Source: an uncultured virus (IMG/VR IMGVR_UViG_3300035208_000248)
Taxonomy: Duplodnaviria > Heunggongvirae > Uroviricota > Caudoviricetes
DNA length: 64,000 nucleotides
Strand: one strand, 5' to 3'
Virus record (IMG/VR): IMGVR_UViG_3300035208_000248
Below the pieces are notes generated by a model. The model did not search any database. It was not told the origin of the DNA and saw only the letters and a program-made list of their open reading frames with translations. The position numbers and the translations under genes were made by a program. Shown one piece after another: positions 38,860 through 49,175 of this stretch (the first letter of the stretch is position 1; each line of letters opens with the position of its first letter).

Positions 38860-40359
38860 TTATTCATATGAAATATTTAAAGTAATAGGAAATGTAGGAT
38901 TAGATTCTGTTCCACTATATAATCCTTTTATCCTATACTGATAAATAGAAGTTCCACTTATAGCTCCACTATTAACAACATTATCATAAATATTAAATAA
39001 CATTTTAGAACAACCAGCCCCACATATTTGACCAGACCCAACACTTTGCCATGTTGTGTATATGCCAGTATTATTTAATTGATCTATTTGTTCTTCTATT
39101 AATAATCCAGTAATACTTTCATTAGTGCGATCTACTTGAACATTAAACTTATAAATTTCACTTTCATCTGGTGGCCATGTAGATAATGTTAAAGTACCGG
39201 TTTGATGTCCATTATTATTCCAATAAAATGCACTGATTCCGTTTGCAGGTAATGTAGGAGTATAGGCGATTGGTAACAACCAAATCACACGATCCGCCCA
39301 AAAATCAGGATGTTTACTATCGTTTTGATGAAGAATACAACATGGATTTACATCATAAGTTTTATAAGTATAAGATGTAGTAACATAATTAGACTGACCA
39401 GCATCACCCCCCTGATAATTAACAGACGCAAGTTTATTCTGATAACCAACACCAATTCTAGTGCCGTCGTCAATAGCTATATTAATGACATGTTGTTCTA
39501 AATTACCGCCGTAAGAACAAGATTCTCCTTCTCCTAATATACCGTTTTCTGTGTGAGATACTCCATCTCCAACTACAGAATTAGTTGTAATTTCAGTAGT
39601 TACTTCGATAGGAAACGTTGGAATTCTATAATGTGGAACAGATTTACCTAAAGACCCAACACTTTCTCTATTAATATTGGCCGATATTGAAACTCTAGAA
39701 ACATGTGTATTAGAAGGTTGACCTTCGTTATTCACTCCTACAATATCTGTTGGCAAAATAGTAGTATCACCATCAACTCCATTAATTAAAAAATGTTGTC
39801 GGCGGTTTATATAAGAATATGGACTATCATTACTATCAAATACTCCGTCAAAACTTAAACCTGCCGCCTCTGAAGAATCTTCACTATTTACTATTCTAGT
39901 GTCGTTCGACCAAATTTTTTCATTACCTACAAAGGATACACTTTCTTCAAAATTAGATTGACTATCAAAAACATAAGAAAAACTAGACATAAACATATCT
40001 TTACAATTACAAACAGATACCGGTGTGCCAACCGAATGGGTTAAACTATCATCAAACACAGAAAGACCAATATCACACTTTTGTATAGCTCTTTGGAATA
40101 TGGTTGGTTCTACAGCGTCAGAAGTAGCCAAAGTAAAAATAAGAGGATAACCATCTAGAAGTTTTTTAAGAGTTACAGCAACTTCAGAAGAATCGGTAAT
40201 TACATCATGTGGCGACATATTACCAAGTTTAGCTACTGGTGTAGAATTAAAAACACTATTAGTGGTTACACTTTGTAAACCATGTAGTTCCGTATAATTA
40301 CTATCAGTACTTGTTTTAATACCTACTTGGTGTACTGGATAATAAATACGTTGTCCCAT
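38860..40359 (-). CDS. Tail tube paralogue with C-terminal extension
   Basis: Collinear similarity to 40567..41670 (RIYYP, HGLQSV, PTFPxEV, KLxSVNYxGGDAG). Confidence 0.65.
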   Translation of the reverse strand: MGQRIYYPVHQVGIKTSTDSNYTELHGLQSVTTNSVFNSTPVAKLGNMSPHDVITDSSEVAVTLKKLLDGYPLIFTLATSDAVEPTIFQRAIQKCDIGLSVFDDSLTHSVGTPVSVCNCKDMFMSSFSYVFDSQSNFEESVSFVGNEKIWSNDTRIVNSEDSSEAAGLSFDGVFDSNDSPYSYINRRQHFLINGVDGDTTILPTDIVGVNNEGQPSNTHVSRVSISANINRESVGSLGKSVPHYRIPTFPIEVTTEITTNSVVGDGVSHTENGILGEGESCSYGGNLEQHVINIAIDDGTRIGVGYQNKLASVNYQGGDAGQSNYVTTSYTYKTYDVNPCCILHQNDSKHPDFWADRVIWLLPIAYTPTLPANGISAFYWNNNGHQTGTLTLSTWPPDESEIYKFNVQVDRTNESITGLLIEEQIDQLNNTGIYTTWQSVGSGQICGAGCSKMLFNIYDNVVNSGAISGTSIYQYRIKGLYSGTESNPTFPITLNISYE

Positions 40360-40566
40360 AACAATCCTATATTAAATCAAATAAAAATAATAAAAAGGTG
40401 TACTATCGTTTAATTTAACGCTACTCCCCAGCACGTTTTCTGGTATTAACGAAACCAGTGTATAAAAAAAGTTAATAAGGTACTCGCCTATTTTGCCTGT
40501 CAAGGAATTCGATGTAATCATATAGATTACACTAGGCTATCGCTCCATATTAACTTATATTTTAAT

Positions 40567-41670
40567 CTAATTAATTAAATAACCAACACTATGTTCTTCT
40601 TGACTATGTATCACGGTAAAATCATTAAATGTTACAAAAGAATATGAAACATTAACAGTTCCACCACCAGCGTCTCCACCACCATAGTTTACAGATTGTA
40701 ATTTATTCTTTAGTCCACAATAAATCTTGGTGCCTTCTGTGGTCGCCACACGAATAGTACGATCTCGTAAATTACCAGACGCAGAACTAATAATACCGTT
40801 TTCTGTTGCAGAAATCAAATCTCCACTAGTTGCGGTAATTTCTATTTCTGTAGAAACTTCTACTGGGAAAGTTGGATTTCTAAAATACGGTCCTTTTCTA
40901 CCTAATTCTGTAATAGATTCACGATTTAAATTAACAGATACAGAAATATTATTTAAATGTGCTCTACTAGTAATAGTTAAATTATTAACACCGTTAGAAC
41001 CAACACCGGCAACATCAGGAGGTAAAATAGTACAAGCTGGGTCTAATACAGCACCATTAACATCGGTTGAACCACTTGATGTGGTAAGTAAGAGATTTTC
41101 ACGTCTATCAATACCAGCAGTAGCTAATGGAACATCAGAACCAGCAAAATATCCAGAAGTAGACAAACTAACTGCCCAAGCAGCAGCACTAGCGTCTACA
41201 AGTTTGCTATCACCCTTCCATACTTTGCTATTACCAACTAATGTCACCTCTTCGTTAAAATTACCATCTTTAGGAAAATTATATCTTACAGAGTTTACAT
41301 ATAAACCAGAAGCTTCCATTTGTCCAATAGGTGTTCCAACAGCAGAAGTACTAGATTCATCAAAAATACCAAGATTAATAAAGCACTTTTGATTTGCCCG
41401 ATCCACTAATGTTGGCGTTGTAGCATCTGTAGTAGCTAAACAATATATAGGAAGATAACCGTCTAATACCTTATTCAGTGTTACTTGTATATCTGGAATA
41501 TCTTCTATATTATCATAAATAGAAATTTGACCAATTTCATAAGCCTGTACTAAATTAAAGTTAGTGGTTGTAGACACACTTTGTAAACCATGTACAGGAT
41601 TATATGTACCGTCAGTATCACCCTTGATAAGTACTTGTTGAATTGGATAATAAATGCGATTATTTGACAT
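40567..41670 (-). CDS. Putative major tail (tube) protein
   Basis: Between neck genes and tape measure; beta-rich composition. Confidence 0.6.
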   Translation of the reverse strand: MSNNRIYYPIQQVLIKGDTDGTYNPVHGLQSVSTTTNFNLVQAYEIGQISIYDNIEDIPDIQVTLNKVLDGYLPIYCLATTDATTPTLVDRANQKCFINLGIFDESSTSAVGTPIGQMEASGLYVNSVRYNFPKDGNFNEEVTLVGNSKVWKGDSKLVDASAAAWAVSLSTSGYFAGSDVPLATAGIDRRENLLLTTSSGSTDVNGAVLDPACTILPPDVAGVGSNGVNNLTITSRAHLNNISVSVNLNRESITELGRKGPYFRNPTFPVEVSTEIEITATSGDLISATENGIISSASGNLRDRTIRVATTEGTKIYCGLKNKLQSVNYGGGDAGGGTVNVSYSFVTFNDFTVIHSQEEHSVGYLIN

Positions 41671-41723
41671 TATGATATCTCCCTACTTGTGAGTTTCTTT
41701 CATTAAATTATACACCGAATATT

Positions 41724-42686
41724 CTATATATTACCAAAAACCACCTCTAAAGTACTACGTACAATAGCCTCATATAATGAAGGATGTAATGATTCCACTT
41801 CTGAGGTAGTTGTTTTTGTAAAAGTACACTTTTTGTATCTATATCCAGAGGCTTCGGATACTAAATCTGGATAAACAGCATTGTTTACTTTTGTACCTCG
41901 ATAATCTATAGGAAATACTCGACCACTTGCTATGGCGTTTGTATCAAACAACCATATTGTTTTATCATTTTGTACAACTAAAATACTTGTTAAATTATTA
42001 CGTGTTACTCTATTATCTGCTAAAATATGAAAAAGAACATCTTGTTCAACAATTAATGACCCATTACCTAGCTCATAACCTCTAGAATAACTACGTGGTA
42101 CAGTTTCTATAATAATAGCAGGTAATTGAATTCTATGATAAGAACCTATAGACCAATCACCAGTTCTTGGGTCTTGTGTAAACTGACTATTAGAACTAAT
42201 ACTATTAAACTGTATATTTTTCCACCAATCGGCATCATCAGCCTTATAAACTTGTACATTTCTATAACTATAATCAAGTTTAACTGTACTACCTGTACTT
42301 ACCGGATTGGTTAATACCACTCGCCCTAGTGGATAATTTATATAATATCCAGTTGATACAACGCCAGTATTAACATACACACCAGTAATATTAATTGGAT
42401 TACCACTATTACTACCATAATTTATTCCCTGTTCCCAAACCCAATCTTTTTTGGCAGCCTGCCATACTTGTCCAGAGGTATAAGATTCTTCTTTTATCCA
42501 ATTTAATGTAGCTGGTGAACCAATATAAGAATCTGTATAACCAGTATAAGAAACATCTGTCCACCCACCTATACATAAAAACGCCCAATCTAAGTAATAT
42601 TTTAAATTATTTTCAAGTTCAGTCATCAACTGAACATCGTTATAATTATCTACACCTTTAAAAGTTACATATGATGGTTGTGTCAT
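41724..42686 (-). CDS. Putative tail terminator/neck protein
   Basis: Position; IQLPAIIIE...QDVLFHILA. Confidence 0.5.
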   Translation of the reverse strand: MTQPSYVTFKGVDNYNDVQLMTELENNLKYYLDWAFLCIGGWTDVSYTGYTDSYIGSPATLNWIKEESYTSGQVWQAAKKDWVWEQGINYGSNSGNPINITGVYVNTGVVSTGYYINYPLGRVVLTNPVSTGSTVKLDYSYRNVQVYKADDADWWKNIQFNSISSNSQFTQDPRTGDWSIGSYHRIQLPAIIIETVPRSYSRGYELGNGSLIVEQDVLFHILADNRVTRNNLTSILVVQNDKTIWLFDTNAIASGRVFPIDYRGTKVNNAVYPDLVSEASGYRYKKCTFTKTTTSEVESLHPSLYEAIVRSTLEVVFGNI

Positions 42687-42699
42687 GAGAATTGTCTGA

Positions 42700-43368
42700 T
42701 TAACCTAGCTGATTAGTAATTTCTTGTTCTATAATATTTTCAACTACACCCATTTTAAATAAATGATCAATAATTTTAGTAACAAAATTATTATTAGTTG
42801 TACCACTAAACTCTCTGGGTACGTGCCACCTACCCTTTTTAACCATAACCCCTAATTCACTTCTACCGGCACCAGGAGTAATTCTTACATGATATTCTCG
42901 AATAATTGTAGTATCGCCCTTGGTTAATAACCAATCCAACCAATTTAATTCTTTTCCTTTATGTGTCGTTACAATTGAATCTCGTAACTCTATCACGTCT
43001 TTCCAATTAGTATCTAAAAACATTAATTCCAAACCACCACGTAAAACAGTTGTACCCTTTAACATTACCGGTCTAACTAAAATTTGCTTTAACCATTCAT
43101 TTAAAATATTATTTAATCTAGTTGATACTTCGCCACTGGGTAAACCAAACTCTGCTTTTAAATTCGGCAAACTTAAATCATCTGATTGTAAAGATAACCA
43201 TGTGTCATCATTAGTAATAGTATTCTTAAATACTTCTCTAAGTCGCTTAACAATATCATCAGAAGCACGTACTATAGCTTCATTTAAAACTTCTTTTATA
43301 ACGCTTAATATATTTTTAGAAATTGTGCTATTACTATCAAGTACTTTTAAAGAAACAGGAATTCCCAT
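42700..43368 (-). CDS. Putative head-tail joining protein
   Basis: Synteny. Confidence 0.45.
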   Translation of the reverse strand: MGIPVSLKVLDSNSTISKNILSVIKEVLNEAIVRASDDIVKRLREVFKNTITNDDTWLSLQSDDLSLPNLKAEFGLPSGEVSTRLNNILNEWLKQILVRPVMLKGTTVLRGGLELMFLDTNWKDVIELRDSIVTTHKGKELNWLDWLLTKGDTTIIREYHVRITPGAGRSELGVMVKKGRWHVPREFSGTTNNNFVTKIIDHLFKMGVVENIIEQEITNQLG

Positions 43369-43375
43369 ATATATT

Positions 43376-43906
43376 TTATTCTATTCTTTTCCAAGTAGTA
43401 ATAACATAAGCATCATTTCCCAGTCCAATTGGATTAGGTTCACTAATACGCACAAATCTATGTTTTACATAAGCAGACAAATCTGTATTTAATATTATTT
43501 CTTTAGCTCGTTTAATATCTGATAAAGTATCAAGCTTACTCATAGTTTGACAATAACCAAACGGTAACATAGTATCATCAGGAATTTTATTCCATCCAAC
43601 AAATTCTTTATAATTCCATACTACAATTAAACTAAGATTAAGAGTATTATCAGTCACCAACACACCAAGACCATGACAATATGGACAATTACCCTGTACA
43701 AAAGATATTGGTCCGCCGATTTTATATATGCCATTTGATCTACCTGTCATAACATCACGATAACAATTTATACACTCTGTATGATCACTATCAACAAATA
43801 CTAATTGACACGGTACTGTTAAACCATCATCTTCTAATAATGCATCAATAGCATCTGTAAATAATGTTTTAAAAGACGATGATATAATACCGGTAAATAA
43901 ACTCAT
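43376..43906 (-). CDS. Putative head closure protein (CxxC motifs)
   Basis: CINC...CPYCHG; synteny. Confidence 0.5.
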   Translation of the reverse strand: MSLFTGIISSSFKTLFTDAIDALLEDDGLTVPCQLVFVDSDHTECINCYRDVMTGRSNGIYKIGGPISFVQGNCPYCHGLGVLVTDNTLNLSLIVVWNYKEFVGWNKIPDDTMLPFGYCQTMSKLDTLSDIKRAKEIILNTDLSAYVKHRFVRISEPNPIGLGNDAYVITTWKRIE

Positions 43907-43912
43907 AATATA

Positions 43913-44584
43913 TTATTTAAGTAAATTTAATATTTCTACAGGAACTTCATCTTTAGCATAGTCTGCCATCCACGTTGATCTATATTTAGACATCCAATCA
44001 CCTCTATGATCAGCCATCCACTGTGGTCTATTATCTGCCATCCAAACAGGACGATGATCTGCCATCCATTCTGGATAAGTATCTGCCATCCACTCAGATT
44101 TATTATCGACTAGCCAATCTGGTGCATTAGTCAACATCCAATCAATATTATTGTCTGTCATCCATTGTGGTCTATTTGTAGCTAACCATTCTGGTTTATT
44201 AGCCACTACCCAATCAATATGATTATCTACTACCCAATCTGTACGACTATTAAATAATACTTCTGGACTATTTTCAAACATTAACTCTGGTGCATTATTA
44301 ACCATCCAATCGGTTTGATTTTCTATCATCCATGCTGTACGATTAACCACCATCCATTTTAATCTATTGTTTACCATCCATTCCGCACGATTATCTGCCA
44401 TCCATTCTGGTTGATTATCGGCCATTCACTCAGGTCGATTGTCTGCTAACCATTCTGGATTATCTTTTAACATGATCTCTTGAGCATTATCTAATGCCCA
44501 GTTAGGTTTATTATCAACTATCCATTTAGGATTAGTTAAAAAAATCTTAGCACATTGTTCAGATGTTAATTCACTAATTTGCAT
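43913..44584 (-). CDS. 8-aa Trp-repeat protein with an in-frame TGA at 44426-44428
   Basis: ATG 44584 with GGGAG RBS; (P/A)EWMADNR-type repeats continue in frame across the TGA. Confidence 0.65.
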
Positions 44585-44638
44585 ATAAAAACTCCCTATT
44601 TAAACTATTATTTTATTATCTATTAAAGTAGTGTACAT

Positions 44639-44848
44639 TTATGCAGTATAATACGTCGGATCATCAAATTTATCATGATACAATCCGGTTAGATTGGCTA
44701 TAACAGGTATAGTTCCATCAGCATATGATACACTAGAATCTATTGCACCATTATCCACACCAATAAATGGACCCCCTGGGTTTATAACAACTCCAAAATT
44801 GTGAATTGTAGTATCGCCTGTATTTGGTGAATATATATCTTGTCCCAT
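44639..44848 (-). CDS. Small virion-associated protein, paralogous to the C-terminus of the upstream gene
   Basis: IHNFG..IN.GG...VSY..GT.P...L.G.Y...FDD shared with 44873..46327. Confidence 0.6.
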   Translation of the reverse strand: MGQDIYSPNTGDTTIHNFGVVINPGGPFIGVDNGAIDSSVSYADGTIPVIANLTGLYHDKFDDPTYYTA

Positions 44849-44872
44849 TATATTTTTTCTCCGTATAAAATT

Positions 44873-46327
44873 TTAATAAAAATTCTGATCGTCAAATCTT
44901 GTACTATATTTTCCACTTAAACCACTAAGAGTTGGTGTTGTACCATTTAAATATGATACATTAGTATTAGTATTAACGGTTTTACCACCTATATTAACAG
45001 ACATACCAAAATTATGAATAGGATTTTCAGATATTGCATTATAAACGTCATATATATTTGGTAAATATTGTGTAAAATTACTTTCCCAAAAACCACTAAT
45101 ACTATTTTGTAAAGTATTACCATAAATTTCATAACCATCTGTATTAGGATGCACATTATCTGCTTCGACATAAATAGTAGCAATTTTTCCATCACCATCA
45201 GCTAATCCTGTCATAATATCAACATATAGATCGGCACCAGAAATTGTATACCAATAATCATTAGTCCATGTTTGATAATAACTGTATGATACTGTGCGTG
45301 GAATTATAGAATTTGTTAAAACCACACGAATATTTGCCTCAACTAGCAAATCGACCGAATTTTGTATATAGGTTGTTCGTTGGGATTGAGTAAATCCACT
45401 TGTATAATCGTTTAATCCGGCTTCTAAAATACACCATTGCGGACTATGTGCAACAACATCAGTAGCTATTCTCGCTACAATGTCGGCAGAATCATTACCT
45501 CCAACACCTTTATTCACAATAAGACTATTTCTGTTGTTAGACAGAACATTACAGTAATACTCAAACGTATTATTATATGGATCAACCCCAGCATGTTCGT
45601 CTGGATTAGGTGCATAATAAATTGCACCTTTTGTCACAGAATCTCCGATAGCAATTATGTTCGGTTTACACACTGAACAATAATCAATCGTCGTTTGTTG
45701 ACCTGCCCCTGAACCGGTGGAAAATCTCAGTGTCGCATCGCCGGTTAGCAAAGAGGAATACGACTTGCCGCCCAAAAAAGTAAAAATACTACCATTACGA
45801 AAAAAGAAATTTACACACTTATTTTTTGTATCATTTTGAACGACCATTTCAACATAATTACTAGTATCAATTCCTGTAGCCAAATTAATTATTCCATTTG
45901 CTACTTTAGCAGTAATTGTACCAAGTACAGCGGTTGTTGATGCAATATCATAATCAATATAAATTATAATTCCGGTAGTAACTTCACCTAATCGAAAATT
46001 GATCGACGAATCAGCTACGTAGCCCGTGTGAATCTTAAAGTACCAAATATAATCGCACGTCGGCAGTACGACCGTGCGGTACATATAGTAGCCAGCCGCA
46101 AGCAACGCTTTGCCGCCGCTAGCCTTACATCCTGCACCACTCAGAGACCAGCCGTCAAGGTCGTCAAATTCGGTTGAATATATTGCGTTAATATCCGTCA
46201 AAGATGTAGAACTATACGGTAATGTTATTAAGGTATCAATAGATTTTGGTATAATAGGAGGTTGATAATTAGCGATATTATGTATATCACTATCAATCTT
46301 ACCTACCCATTTAATTACTTTTGCCAT
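44873..46327 (-). CDS. SGNH/GDSL hydrolase-domain virion protein
   Basis: IAIGDSVT, NKGVGG, EAGLND and DNVHP blocks. Confidence 0.8.
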   Translation of the reverse strand: MAKVIKWVGKIDSDIHNIANYQPPIIPKSIDTLITLPYSSTSLTDINAIYSTEFDDLDGWSLSGAGCKASGGKALLAAGYYMYRTVVLPTCDYIWYFKIHTGYVADSSINFRLGEVTTGIIIYIDYDIASTTAVLGTITAKVANGIINLATGIDTSNYVEMVVQNDTKNKCVNFFFRNGSIFTFLGGKSYSSLLTGDATLRFSTGSGAGQQTTIDYCSVCKPNIIAIGDSVTKGAIYYAPNPDEHAGVDPYNNTFEYYCNVLSNNRNSLIVNKGVGGNDSADIVARIATDVVAHSPQWCILEAGLNDYTSGFTQSQRTTYIQNSVDLLVEANIRVVLTNSIIPRTVSYSYYQTWTNDYWYTISGADLYVDIMTGLADGDGKIATIYVEADNVHPNTDGYEIYGNTLQNSISGFWESNFTQYLPNIYDVYNAISENPIHNFGMSVNIGGKTVNTNTNVSYLNGTTPTLSGLSGKYSTRFDDQNFY

Positions 46328-46342
46328 AATATAATACTTTTA

Positions 46343-47485
46343 TTAAATTTGTGTATAACTCACTAATAATGTTACAGCATCTACCTGTCCAACCTCTGGG
46401 GTAGACCCACTAGGAACTAACACTAAATGAGCCTTATTAGCAATACCAGCGTTACTAAAACTTACAATAGTAGACCCACCAGTAGCAATAATTTGATCAC
46501 TAGCCCAAATATCTGTGCCAACAGCGTTTAATTGTGTCCAAGTTCGTTCTTCAATATTAAAAGTAAGCGTGGAAGTACCAGTACCCAATATAGCAGCGTC
46601 TACTTGCGTAAGAGTAATAGTTGATGTGGTTGGAGCCTGCCAAAAAGGAATAGCATCTCCACTCCAAGGTACACTCTTATAAATAGTAGAAGAAAAATAT
46701 CTATTAGTAACAGAACTTAGTTGACCACTAGTAACTGGTGAAACATCAACCTTACCTAAACTGTTCGATAATAAAACTCTATCGGCGGTTAAATTCACTC
46801 CGGTAACACTTGTAATAGCACCAGTAATTGTATTTTGCTTGGCATTAAGTTGAGTTTGAATATCAGAAGTAACATTTGTAAGATAACTCAAAACTCCACT
46901 AGTAATAGGTGAAACGGCGATTTTACCAGCACTATTAGATAATATCACACGATCAGCAGTTAAATCAACACCAGTAATAGTTGTAACTGCCCCAACAAGA
47001 GTGTTTTGTTTGTTATTCAGTTGGGTTTGTATATTAGATGTTACATTATCTAAATAGTCCAATTCTCCACTTGTGATTGGTGAAACAGCAATTTTACCAT
47101 CCGTATTAGATAAGACAACACGATTAACTGTTAAATCACTACCAGTAATACTTGTAGCCGCACCAACAATAGTTCCTTGTTTACTATTTAATTGAGTTTG
47201 AATACTAGATGTAGCCCCACCTAAATAACTTAATTCACCAGTAGTAACAGTAGACACAGCTACCTTTCCATCTGCATTAGAAATTAGTGCAACAGAAGGA
47301 GTTAAATTTACACCAGTAATAGTTGTGGCTGCCCCAGTGATAATTGTACCACCACCACCTCCACCACCTTCTACGTTTACGGCAGGAATAGTACCAATCC
47401 ACGACACTCCAGCGATATTAAAAGTGCCAGTACCAGATATACCATATGTATTTAAATCTAAAGTATCAGCTAAACACCATGCCAT
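46343..47485 (-). CDS. Fibre/decoration-like protein with ~57-aa repeats
   Basis: About four repeats of GAxTxITGxDLT...VSPITSGELxYL...IQTQLNxKQ. Confidence 0.65.
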   Translation of the reverse strand: MAWCLADTLDLNTYGISGTGTFNIAGVSWIGTIPAVNVEGGGGGGGTIITGAATTITGVNLTPSVALISNADGKVAVSTVTTGELSYLGGATSSIQTQLNSKQGTIVGAATSITGSDLTVNRVVLSNTDGKIAVSPITSGELDYLDNVTSNIQTQLNNKQNTLVGAVTTITGVDLTADRVILSNSAGKIAVSPITSGVLSYLTNVTSDIQTQLNAKQNTITGAITSVTGVNLTADRVLLSNSLGKVDVSPVTSGQLSSVTNRYFSSTIYKSVPWSGDAIPFWQAPTTSTITLTQVDAAILGTGTSTLTFNIEERTWTQLNAVGTDIWASDQIIATGGSTIVSFSNAGIANKAHLVLVPSGSTPEVGQVDAVTLLVSYTQI

Positions 47486-47557
47486 AACTTACTCCAACAC
47501 TTTATATTTTTTAATTTATTAATAATACAGTATATACTACTGTTTGATATTGAACAT

Positions 47558-48067
47558 CTATGTATAATATGCATCTCTATTATCCACATATGTAGAACCT
47601 AAACTATCCGGGTCAAAATGGGAACCTATAAAAGGACTTAAAATAGCTTGACAAATATAACCATTACCAAACACATAATCCTGTTTCATCGTTTGATAAG
47701 CAGCACACGGTCCAATAGTTAAAAGTTCTTTAAAACCTTTTAAATTACCAATCACAGATAATGCAGCAGGACCACACTTCGCCGAAATACCGTCCATTAA
47801 AGCTTTGGTGCGAAATGTGCTAAAATCTGTTTGACAGGCCGCCTTCATAATCATAAAATTCATAAATGTTGCATCTGTAGAAGGATCGGGCGTAATTGTC
47901 TCAGCGGCTACGTCTATTGTATAGGTGGTGTCAAAAGTAATTTCATAACTAATTAAATATGCACAAGAAATTAATACAGTTTGTAAACGTGCGTCAGAAT
48001 AGGATGTAGAATCAGGGTCGTTAATAAGTGTACGTAGAACAGTAGTAGCTGTATCTGACCATGCCAT
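47558..48067 (-). CDS. Putative head-tail adaptor
   Basis: MAWSDT...LRTLINDPDS..YSDARL; downstream of the capsid gene. Confidence 0.55.
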   Translation of the reverse strand: MAWSDTATTVLRTLINDPDSTSYSDARLQTVLISCAYLISYEITFDTTYTIDVAAETITPDPSTDATFMNFMIMKAACQTDFSTFRTKALMDGISAKCGPAALSVIGNLKGFKELLTIGPCAAYQTMKQDYVFGNGYICQAILSPFIGSHFDPDSLGSTYVDNRDAYYT

Positions 48068-48155
48068 GTTTGAAACCTTTAAACAGATATAAATGTATAT
48101 TATCTCTATAGTAATATACACCAAAGAAGGGAAAATCTATATTATAGAGAATGTT

Positions 48156-49091
48156 TTAAATAATTTGATATTTTGTATAAAACTGCTCTCTTTTACGTTT
48201 CAACCATATGGTTGCGTCGTCATATATCCAATGATAAAATTTATACATTTCTGAAAGTCTACCAATAAATAGTTGATGACTACTATCTTCTGGTGATCTA
48301 TCTGTGTATCGTTGGTAAATATTAGTTACATAACAAGGTACTATGTTTTTTAAGGTCTTGCAAAAAGAAAGTGTACCAACAATCATAATTCTTCCACTAA
48401 TAGACCCGTCACCATCAAAATAACCACGTACAAAATGTCTAATTAAAGATGATGGAACCTGTGTTGATTTAGGAAACTGTAATCTCATAGACTTATTAGG
48501 AATACAACCAAGTTTTATTAAGTCTTGTACCATTTTAACACGATTTATACAAAGTTCAACTTGTGGTTTAGGACTACTTATACGAGACGGTTTATAATAT
48601 AATGGACCAGTATATTTTAAACAATCTTTAATTTGTTGTACAATTTCTTCATCTTCTTGTTGAATACATAATCTTAGTTTACTATCACAAACATTTCCAT
48701 CTGAATACCACCATCCTAATATATATGCCTTTTCTTCATTATCTATTTGTTCAAAATAAGTCTCATCTACAGTATATAAATTTTTACTACGAATATCAAC
48801 ATTGTGTTTACGTAATAGTGCCATAATGTGACCATCAGAAAAATTAAGTTTTTTAGCTATTTGATTACCATTCATACCACTATTATATAAGGTAATAATT
48901 TCATCTTTATGATCCTTCATCAAATTATTATAATTTACCTTACATTTATGTTGACTTTTTAAATTATTTTTTTTCAAATATGTTAAAATAGCGTTTTTAG
49001 TACAACCAAGTTCTTTAGATATTGAATAGGCACTTTGACCATTATTAATTTTTTGTGTAATATCTTCTAAATTTAATACTAATCGTCTCAT
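48156..49091 (-). CDS. Free-standing LAGLIDADG homing endonuclease with N-terminal HTHs
   Basis: KAYILGWWYSDG and FVRGYFDGDGS. Confidence 0.88.
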   Translation of the reverse strand: MRRLVLNLEDITQKINNGQSAYSISKELGCTKNAILTYLKKNNLKSQHKCKVNYNNLMKDHKDEIITLYNSGMNGNQIAKKLNFSDGHIMALLRKHNVDIRSKNLYTVDETYFEQIDNEEKAYILGWWYSDGNVCDSKLRLCIQQEDEEIVQQIKDCLKYTGPLYYKPSRISSPKPQVELCINRVKMVQDLIKLGCIPNKSMRLQFPKSTQVPSSLIRHFVRGYFDGDGSISGRIMIVGTLSFCKTLKNIVPCYVTNIYQRYTDRSPEDSSHQLFIGRLSEMYKFYHWIYDDATIWLKRKREQFYTKYQII

Positions 49092-49114
49092 TATACTGTC
49101 TCCTTTTGTGACAT

Positions 49115-49146
49115 AAAAAAACTAGTGATAATTTCTTACCACTAGT
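49115..49146 (-). terminator. Intrinsic terminator after major capsid gene
   Basis: - strand ACTAGTGGTAA-GAAA-TTATCACTAGT followed by a T run. Confidence 0.75.
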
Positions 49147-49175
49147 ATAAAAATTTTAATTATAAATTGACGTAA

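Noticed and set aside
40727..41392. 221-aa + strand ORF and similar antisense ORFs (33544, 36121, 42920)
   Set aside because: Shadow frames of well-supported - strand genes with no recognisable motifs.
44426..44428. Genome-wide TGA recoding
   Set aside because: Long genes are intact in the standard code, and several end in TGA overlapping the next ATG (e.g. 13385, 15783).
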